Source of the DNA: Candidatus Saccharimonadota bacterium
GTDB lineage: Bacteria > Patescibacteriota > Saccharimonadia > Saccharimonadales > UBA4665
Direction of reading: 5' to 3'
NCBI GenBank assembly: GCA_963716945.1
Contig: OY970322.1
Span: 930,001-962,000 of the forward strand
Length of the DNA stretch: 32,000 nt
Part shown: piece by piece, positions 24,859-31,105 of the stretch
How positions within the stretch are numbered: the stretch's first letter is position 1
Layout: each line of letters starts with the position of its first letter
Made by a program: the position numbers and the translations under genes
The notes under the pieces: model-generated
What the model saw: the letters and a program-made list of their open reading frames with translations, nothing else
Databases searched by the model: none
What the model was told of the DNA's origin: nothing

Positions 24859-26157
24859 TCAGGCGCAAAAGTCTTTGATAGCTTGCAGGGTGGCGGTGAA
24901 TTTGGCATCGTCGGCTTCCAGCAGCGTCATCCGGAAACCGGGCGTGCCGCTATTGAAGCCGGTGGTCAACGGCACGGTGCAAATGCCGGTCGCGGCCAGC
25001 AGCTGGTGGCAAAACCGCTTGTCGAAGCTATCCTCCGGGATATCGGCCAGGATGGCGTCGAGGAGTTTCTGAGCATCCGGATTGGCGGCCGGTTTGTTAA
25101 CGCCGCGCTTGATGAATTCACGGCTGAAAGTCACCGGCAGGTAGAAAGCCCCTTTCGGCTCGACGGCACTGAGGTGCGGGCTGCCGTTAAGCAGGGCCGC
25201 CCCCTTGACCGCCCGGGCCTTATATATGGCCCGGCGTTTGTACAAATGGTCGCGGTAGCGGTCATCACCGAAGATAGCCGGGAAGACGGTCTGCGGCAGC
25301 GTCGTCGAGCAAACTTCGGTCATTTTGGCTTCTTCGATCGAACGGATGTAGCGGGCAAAGTCCGGATCGGCTTCGACGTTATAGAATTCGGCCCAGCCGC
25401 AGCGGCTGCCCGGCCAGGGTATCTCCTTGGACAAGCCGCGCAATATAATCGTCGGCACGCCGTCGGCCAGCTCGGCCAAAGGTATGAATTCACCTTTGTT
25501 ATACGTCAGGTTGGAGTAAATCTCATCGGCGATCAGGAATAGTTTGTACTCTTTGGCGATAGCCACGAAATCCTCGAGGATATGGCGCGGGTAGACCAGG
25601 CCGGTCGGGTTGTCCGGGTTAATGATTAACAGGCCGGCGATGTTGGGATTGGCCGCGACCTTGGACCGGACCTCGTCAACGTCCGGCAGCCAGCCGTTTT
25701 CGGGGTGCAGGCTATACGTCAGGTGGGCGGAGTGGGCGTGGGCAGCTTCGATGGCGGCGTGCGTGGGATAAGCCGGGTTGGGACCCAGAACCCTGGCACC
25801 GGGATTAAGCCAAGTGTAGATCTTGGTAATGGCATCGCCCAAGCCGTTGAAAAACAGGATGTTCTCGGCGTCGAGATGGGCTTTGCCCTGCCGGGCCCGC
25901 TGTTGGCTCAGGAATTCGCGGGCCGCCTGCAGGCCTTTGGTCGGCGAGTAACCGTAAGACGCGTTATTCTTCTTGACCTCGTTGACGATCAGGTCGCGGA
26001 TCCATTGCGGTACCTGTTCGCCTTTGGCGACCGGGTCGCCGATGTTTTCCCAAGTGATGTCGATACCGGTGGCCGCCAGCTGTTCGGCGAAGTCCACGAT
26101 ACCGCGGATCTCGTAATGCAGCTCGCCGGCACCTGGATGGACAATATTAACCCTCAT
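24859..26157 (-). CDS. class I/II pyridoxal-phosphate aminotransferase (alanine-aminotransferase-like)
   Basis: 432 aa. Contains LHYEIRGIV, INPDNPTG, and SKEIPWPGSRCGW (the PLP-lysine block SKxxxxxGxRxGW). Confidence 0.8.
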   Translation of the reverse strand: MRVNIVHPGAGELHYEIRGIVDFAEQLAATGIDITWENIGDPVAKGEQVPQWIRDLIVNEVKKNNASYGYSPTKGLQAAREFLSQQRARQGKAHLDAENILFFNGLGDAITKIYTWLNPGARVLGPNPAYPTHAAIEAAHAHSAHLTYSLHPENGWLPDVDEVRSKVAANPNIAGLLIINPDNPTGLVYPRHILEDFVAIAKEYKLFLIADEIYSNLTYNKGEFIPLAELADGVPTIILRGLSKEIPWPGSRCGWAEFYNVEADPDFARYIRSIEEAKMTEVCSTTLPQTVFPAIFGDDRYRDHLYKRRAIYKARAVKGAALLNGSPHLSAVEPKGAFYLPVTFSREFIKRGVNKPAANPDAQKLLDAILADIPEDSFDKRFCHQLLAATGICTVPLTTGFNSGTPGFRMTLLEADDAKFTATLQAIKDFCA

Positions 26158-26166
26158 GGCCGGCCG

Positions 26167-27339
26167 CTAAAACTGTTGGAGATAATTAGTGCCGAAGCTG
26201 GTAGTGAGCGATTGGCGCCGGGCGTGGCGTTCCTTGGCGAAACCGATCAGGCGCTGCACCAGGTCGACGTTGCTGATGCCGGCCCGGTTCCAGTTATGGG
26301 CGTAGAGGCCGCCGGGCAGCGGATTGACTTCGTTGAAGTAGACTTCCCCGGCTTTGCTGTCGACCAGCATGTCGACCCGGGCGATGCCGTTGCAGCCGAG
26401 CGCGCGGTAAACCGACAGGCCGACGGCTTGGGCTTTGTCATAAAGCGGCTTGGGGATGTCGGCCGGTATCTGGCTGTAACCCTGGGCGCCTTTGGCACCA
26501 CCCTTGCCTTTGCCGCCCTTTTTGCCGCCCTGCATGTATTTGGTATCGAAGTCGAAGAAGTCTTCCGGCTTGGTCAGCGGCATTTCCAGCAGTGCCGGCT
26601 GGGGGGTGTCGGTACTGCCCATTACCGGCAGCGTCAGCTCGATCAGGTTGGCGACGGCTTCTTCGACGATGATCCGGTCATCGTAGTGGGCCGCTACTTC
26701 GAGGGCGTTGCGCAGTTCGGCATCGGTCGTGACGCGCGAGATGCCGATGCTCGAACCGAGGTGGGCCGGTTTGACGAATAGCGGGTAGGCCAGCTGGCCG
26801 GTGACGCTTTTGACGGCGGCGCCCGGCTCGCGCTCCAAATCGGCTTTGGTAAAAGCCAGGAATTTGGAGACAGGTATGCCGTTAGCTACGGCCAGCTGCT
26901 TGGACAGCACCTTGTCCATGGCGACCGCCGCGGCGCTGACACCGCAGCCGACATAGGGTATGCCCGCCATATCAAGCAGGCCCATCAAAGCGCCGTCTTC
27001 GCCATAAGTACCGTGCATGGCCGGGAAGACCAGGTCGATTTTGCGCTGCTGTTTGCGGCCGGCGATGCCGCTGGCCTTGACAAGCGTCATGCCGCCGTCG
27101 AACTGGACGCTGGCCGGCTGCGTCCGGTGCAGGTAGTCTTGAATCTCGCCCGAAGTGAAGAGTTTGATATCCTTGAGCTTTTCGTCCCAGTACCAGGCGC
27201 CGTCTTTGGCTATATAAACGGCTTCGACGCGGTATTTCTTGGTCAGCTCCAGCGGTTTGATAATGCTGGCCAGGGCGGTCACGATCGATACGTCATGCTC
27301 GGCTGAGCGGCCACCGAAAATTACTGCTATTGTTTCCAT
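26167..27339 (-). CDS. ddl: D-alanine--D-alanine ligase with Gly/Lys-rich omega-loop insertion
   Basis: 390 aa. VIFGGRSAEHDVSI N-terminus, FPAMHGTYGEDGALMGLLD, an ATP-grasp core and YFNEVNPLPG. Confidence 0.9.
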   Translation of the reverse strand: METIAVIFGGRSAEHDVSIVTALASIIKPLELTKKYRVEAVYIAKDGAWYWDEKLKDIKLFTSGEIQDYLHRTQPASVQFDGGMTLVKASGIAGRKQQRKIDLVFPAMHGTYGEDGALMGLLDMAGIPYVGCGVSAAAVAMDKVLSKQLAVANGIPVSKFLAFTKADLEREPGAAVKSVTGQLAYPLFVKPAHLGSSIGISRVTTDAELRNALEVAAHYDDRIIVEEAVANLIELTLPVMGSTDTPQPALLEMPLTKPEDFFDFDTKYMQGGKKGGKGKGGAKGAQGYSQIPADIPKPLYDKAQAVGLSVYRALGCNGIARVDMLVDSKAGEVYFNEVNPLPGGLYAHNWNRAGISNVDLVQRLIGFAKERHARRQSLTTSFGTNYLQQF

Positions 27340-27346
27340 GATTTAC

Positions 27347-27375
27347 AGTCTAGCATTAATAAACTTGCAATTCAA
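27347..27375 (-). promoter_or_regulatory. promoter TTGAAT-17nt-TAGACT, leaderless start of ddl
   Basis: On the minus strand, TTGAAT lies at 27375-27370 and TAGACT at 27352-27347. ATG 27339 is 7 nt after the -10 box. Confidence 0.45.
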
Positions 27376-27398
27376 GCCTACAATTTATATATACAATT
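27367..27398. repeat. three (G/A)CAATT hexamers at exact 13-bp spacing in the ddl/dipeptidase divergent region
   Basis: GCAATT at 27367-27372, ACAATT at 27380-27385 and ACAATT at 27393-27398. The last two are embedded in TACAATT. The first overlaps the ddl -35 box and the last ends 4 nt before the TTGACA of the plus-strand promoter. Confidence 0.6.
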
Positions 27399-27402
27399 AG
27401 TG

Positions 27403-27431
27403 TTGACATTTGTAAATTCTTGCGTTAATTT
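27403..27431 (+). promoter_or_regulatory. promoter TTGACA-17nt-TAATTT for the VanX/DdpX-like gene
   Basis: TTGACA at 27403-27408 and TAATTT at 27426-27431. A GAGG sits 4 nt before ATG 27464. Confidence 0.4.
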
Positions 27432-27463
27432 AGCTAAATGCTTAAACGCGTAATCGAGGCGAT

Positions 27464-28366
27464 ATGCCGCTAAGGACTTTTGAGGTCCAAGAACTGGCCC
27501 GGACCCCGATTCCTGACGTTCCGGCCGTCGACGGCTGGAAAGACAAGCCGATAGAAGAATCCGGCGAACCGTTGGTCACACTCGGCGAACTGGGGATTCC
27601 TTCGGCCTCGTTTTATGCCGGGGCGCATGATTTCTCGCCTTATGAGCCTGATAGCCTGCCCGGCGCTCTCCAAGCGGTTTATGTCCGGCAAGGCCTGGGC
27701 GAAGCTTTGCTAAAAAGCCAGTCCTTGCTGCCCGACACGATGTACCTGGTCGGCCTCGACGGTTTCCGGCCGCGCAGCGTACAGGAATCATTGTTCCGGT
27801 TTTTTGCCGGCCGGCTAGACGAACTTCAGCCCGGCTGGACAGCCCAGGAGCGGGAAGCTTACACCCAAAAATACGTTTCCAAACCATCGGCCGACCCGGC
27901 CCGCCCGGCACCGCATAACACCGGCGGATCGATTGATTTGTGGCTGTTGCGCTTGCCGGACGGCTTCAGCCGTGATGATATTCCGCCGTCCGCGGCCCTA
28001 TCGGCCGGTTTGTGGCTGCCGGCCGGAGCGGCGTTCGACCATGGCGGCGAGCGCTCGTCGCTGCGCTATTACGAAGACAACGAGGATTCGGCTGACGACG
28101 CCGCTTTTCGGGCCAGCCGGCGTGTCATGTACTGGCTGGCCCGGGAGGCCGGCATCGAATTATACCCGGATGAATTCTGGCACCTGAACTTCGGCAACCA
28201 AATGGCCGCCCAGACTGCCGGCAACGACCTGGCAGTCTACGGCGCCGCCGGGCTCAGTGAAGCGCAAATGAGGCAAGAAGAACAAAGCCGCGCCCGGCTG
28301 GCGCAGGCCGGCGCAAAAGTCACCACTAACCTGCCCCTCGGCGAAGTCATACGGCCCGGCGAATAG
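27464..28366 (+). CDS. D-alanyl-D-alanine dipeptidase (peptidase M15D, VanX/DdpX-type), enlarged
   Basis: 300 aa. LVGLDGFRPRSVQESLF (VanX-like WDxYRP..Q block), PAPHNTGGSIDLWL (the H..D zinc ligands), LPAGAAFDHGGERSS, and PDEFWHLNFG (the ExxH block). Confidence 0.8.
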   Translation: MPLRTFEVQELARTPIPDVPAVDGWKDKPIEESGEPLVTLGELGIPSASFYAGAHDFSPYEPDSLPGALQAVYVRQGLGEALLKSQSLLPDTMYLVGLDGFRPRSVQESLFRFFAGRLDELQPGWTAQEREAYTQKYVSKPSADPARPAPHNTGGSIDLWLLRLPDGFSRDDIPPSAALSAGLWLPAGAAFDHGGERSSLRYYEDNEDSADDAAFRASRRVMYWLAREAGIELYPDEFWHLNFGNQMAAQTAGNDLAVYGAAGLSEAQMRQEEQSRARLAQAGAKVTTNLPLGEVIRPGE

Positions 28367-28432
28367 GCTGCCGCAGCTTGCCTATACGGGTTAAAAGTGT
28401 TAATATTAGTCGCATAATTTTAAGGGAGCCGG

Positions 28433-28876
28433 TTGCATATGTCTGAGAAGCGGCCTTGGCTGCACCTTTTCAAGAGCAGTCCCGCCTATAGCCCCGTCCT
28501 AGACCGGGCCAGCGCCGCGGCGCGAAGCGACGGCTGGGATACGATAGATTTCGCTACTCCGTCTATAGCCAGGCAGTGGCTGGATCTCAGCCGGCCGGAC
28601 GCTTTCGTCAGCTATTTGAGTCCCCGCGGCCGGGACCGCCCCGAAGACCCTGTCCGGCAGCAGCCGGTGCTTGACCTCATAGCCAGAGCCCAGGAACTGG
28701 AAATACCGGTCGCACTGTTAACCCCGCGGCCGCCGGGAGCGGCCGGGTTCGACCCCCGGGCGGGTATCGACATCCGTATCGGCGCGGCTCTGGGCTGGCG
28801 GCCGGAAACGTTTATCGAACCGCTGGCCGAATGGCTGGGCCAGATCGCCGGCCGGACGGAGCGGCCTCAGGCGTAA
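28433..28876 (+). CDS. hypothetical protein (start TTG 28433 or ATG 28439)
   Basis: 147-aa ORF preceded by AAGGGAG. No motif recognised. Its 3' end overlaps the convergent MurF-like gene by 10 nt. Confidence 0.45.
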   Translation: MHMSEKRPWLHLFKSSPAYSPVLDRASAAARSDGWDTIDFATPSIARQWLDLSRPDAFVSYLSPRGRDRPEDPVRQQPVLDLIARAQELEIPVALLTPRPPGAAGFDPRAGIDIRIGAALGWRPETFIEPLAEWLGQIAGRTERPQA

Positions 28877-30306
28877 TTGTCGGTCCAGTCGTTCTGCATG
28901 ACCACCAGGTCGCCGGCGGCAACGAAATGGGCCAGGTTGGTGTAAAAATCCAGAGGGTCGGGCTCGACCCGCACTTCACCTTTGAACTTGCCGGCTGCCA
29001 GGCCCTGGCGGATGAAGCCCGTCACGGAATTTTTCATAAGCACGACTAAGTCGGGGTTGGCGGCGGCAATCAGCTTGCCGGCTTCGATATGGACAGGCTT
29101 GGTCTCTTCGCCCTGGTCGACCAGGCCGGGCGTGACATAAATCTTGCGCCTTGCCGGCAGGTCTTTCAGCAAGCGCGTGCCGGCCCGGAGACCCTCAAGA
29201 TTACCGTTATAGGTATCATCGACCACCCAGGCGCCGGCCAGCTGGTAAGGCTGCATCCGGTGCTCGAACGGCACGGTTTTGGCGATGCCGGCCGTTACCT
29301 GTTCGGCGGTCAGCCCTAACTCCATCGCCAGCGCTGCCGCCAGGGCCAGATAGCCGACCTGATGGCGGCCGATCAGGCCGCTTTTCAGCTGCAATGTCTG
29401 GCGGCCCTTTTTCAGGCCGAAGCCGGTGCCGTCCAGACTAACCGCGACATCCTCGACTTTCCAGCCCAGGGCGCCGCCGGTATCAAACAATTCATAGGCC
29501 GGCTTGAGGAAGGGTTTGACACTGGGCGACTCATTATTGACGTAAACGTGCTTACCTTTGAGATAGTCGGCTACCGAAAAAATATCTTCGCCGGCAGCCC
29601 GCAAAGTCTTGTAGCGGTCAAGGTGGGCCGGCGCCAGGCCGGTGATAACGGCGTGGGTCGGTTTGGTAATCCGCGCGAAGCGGGCGACATCGCCGGGTTC
29701 GCCCTCGCCATACTCGATAATCAATACGTCTTCGTCGCCTTTCAGCTTGGCGGCGAAGCGGGCGTGGCTGCTGCTGACGTTTTTATTAGCCGGCGTGGCG
29801 GCGACTTTCAGCCCCTCGCTTAGGACGGTGTTGAGCAGTTCTTTCATAGTGGTCTTGCCGTAGCTGCCGGCGATGGCGATTTTGACGCCCGGATGCCGTT
29901 CGAACACCTTGCCCGACTCACGTATCAGACGCTGCTCCTTAGGCTTGGCGCTTAATTCCCGGCCCATAAGCAGCGGCAGGACGACCAGGTGCGACCACAC
30001 GACCGGATAACTGATTATCAACGCGGCGCCAAGGGCCAAACCGCCGGCCAGATGATGCCAGCCGCCGAAGTAAATCAACACCAGGCCGGCCGCAATCTGG
30101 AGCAGCATGCCAAGCCTGAGAGCCGACAGCAGCAGCCGGGCCGCCCGGGTCGGCTCCAGTTGGCGGCGTTTCTTAACCTGGGAAAAATCCTTGGTCCGCC
30201 AAAGCCAATTGAGGTATGGCCCCACCCGGTACTCGCTAGCCTGGAGCATGTAAACCAGGACGGAAGGGTAGCCCGGACGGTAGAGGCTTAGGAGTTCGTT
30301 AATCAT
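28867..30306 (-). CDS. Mur-ligase family protein, MurF-like central and C-terminal domains, with an N-terminal transmembrane hairpin in place of the UDP-binding domain
   Basis: 479 aa. Two hydrophobic helices at about aa 55-115 (LLLSALRLGMLLQIAAGLVLIYFGGW and LAGGLALGAALIISYPVVWSHLVVLPLLMG). P-loop AIAGSYGKTTMKE, MurF-type VVDDTYNGNLEG, and YVTPGLVDQGEE. Confidence 0.7.
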   Translation of the reverse strand: MINELLSLYRPGYPSVLVYMLQASEYRVGPYLNWLWRTKDFSQVKKRRQLEPTRAARLLLSALRLGMLLQIAAGLVLIYFGGWHHLAGGLALGAALIISYPVVWSHLVVLPLLMGRELSAKPKEQRLIRESGKVFERHPGVKIAIAGSYGKTTMKELLNTVLSEGLKVAATPANKNVSSSHARFAAKLKGDEDVLIIEYGEGEPGDVARFARITKPTHAVITGLAPAHLDRYKTLRAAGEDIFSVADYLKGKHVYVNNESPSVKPFLKPAYELFDTGGALGWKVEDVAVSLDGTGFGLKKGRQTLQLKSGLIGRHQVGYLALAAALAMELGLTAEQVTAGIAKTVPFEHRMQPYQLAGAWVVDDTYNGNLEGLRAGTRLLKDLPARRKIYVTPGLVDQGEETKPVHIEAGKLIAAANPDLVVLMKNSVTGFIRQGLAAGKFKGEVRVEPDPLDFYTNLAHFVAAGDLVVMQNDWTDNYA

Positions 30307-31055
30307 TTTAGAAACTCCGCTATCAGGCTTTCGACTTTTGCCGGCTGGTCCTGGTGGACGAAGTGGCCGGCCGCGGCCAGCATTTCCAGCCGCGACCCTT
30401 TGATGAGCCGCTGGTATTGCCGGCCGTCGGCGGGCGGCACGGCCCGGTCGTCTTCGGCATAAATTAACAGCGTGGGGATGGTAATTGACGCGGCCTCGGC
30501 CTGGACGTCCTGGCGCACGGTTTTTTTGAAAGTTTCCTGCAGCTCGGGCACGACCAGCAGATCCGAGCCGGCAGCACCATAGAGGCTGCGGCGCAAGGCT
30601 TGGCGGTAGCGTTCCGGCAGCCAGATAGTAGCCAGGTCGCCGGTTTTGGCGATGATTTTCAGGATAAAACGCCTGGCCCCGCCGCCCGTGCGGATACCCG
30701 AAGCCGCCAGCAGTACCAGTTTTTGCGGTTTGAGCAGACCGAGCGAAACGCCCCGCACCGCTAGGGCGCCGCCGTTGCTATGGCCCACGACGGCGTAAAG
30801 CGGCCGGAGCTCCAGTTTATTCAATAAAGCCCCGGTGAACCGGGCATAATCGTCCAAATTCCAAACGCCTTGGGGCGCTTGCGAGCTGCCGAAACCGGGC
30901 AGATCAACCGCCAGCACCTGGTAGCGCTTAGCCAGGCTCCGGCTAAGCCCGCCCAGGCCCCGGACATTGTCGCCCCAGCCATGGAGCAGCAGTACCAGTT
31001 TGCCCTTGCCGGACAGTTCGTAGTGGGCCAGCAGGCCATCGACGACGATTTGCAT
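30303..31055 (-). CDS. alpha/beta-fold hydrolase, translationally coupled (ATGA) to the MurF-like gene
   Basis: 250 aa. LLLHGWG (oxyanion), VGHSNGG (GxSxG nucleophile elbow), and AAGHFVHQDQP (catalytic His). Confidence 0.8.
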   Translation of the reverse strand: MQIVVDGLLAHYELSGKGKLVLLLHGWGDNVRGLGGLSRSLAKRYQVLAVDLPGFGSSQAPQGVWNLDDYARFTGALLNKLELRPLYAVVGHSNGGALAVRGVSLGLLKPQKLVLLAASGIRTGGGARRFILKIIAKTGDLATIWLPERYRQALRRSLYGAAGSDLLVVPELQETFKKTVRQDVQAEAASITIPTLLIYAEDDRAVPPADGRQYQRLIKGSRLEMLAAAGHFVHQDQPAKVESLIAEFLK

Positions 31056-31061
31056 GGGCTT

Positions 31062-31067
31062 ATTATA
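31062..31067 (-). promoter_or_regulatory. -10 box TATAAT 6 nt upstream of the hydrolase ATG (leaderless); no convincing -35
   Basis: Minus-strand sequence reads cgcTATAATaagcccATG. Confidence 0.35.
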
Positions 31068-31081
31068 GCGCGTTTGGGGTT

Positions 31082-31101
31082 GGCTGGTGGCGGCACCAGC
31101 C
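31082..31101 (-). terminator. GC-rich stem-loop (8-bp stem, 4-nt loop) immediately after the stop of the 31106.. gene; no U-tract
   Basis: GGCTGGTG gcgg CACCAGCC at 31082-31101. It begins 5 nt after the TAA stop (31108-31106, minus strand). Confidence 0.35.
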
Positions 31102-31105
31102 GGGT

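Noticed and set aside
25705-26781. 358-aa plus-strand ORF spanning the aminotransferase/ddl junction
   Set aside because: It lies antisense to two genes with strong family motifs. Its Arg/Gly/Ala/Val-rich composition is typical of shadow ORFs in GC-rich DNA, and it has no motif or promoter.
24859-28366. Bona fide vancomycin-resistance (van) operon
   Set aside because: The ligase keeps the omega-loop Tyr expected for D-Ala-D-Ala synthesis. There is no VanH-type dehydrogenase or VanT racemase, and no VanRS pair adjacent. Only the general architecture is van-like, and that point is reported as a hypothesis instead.
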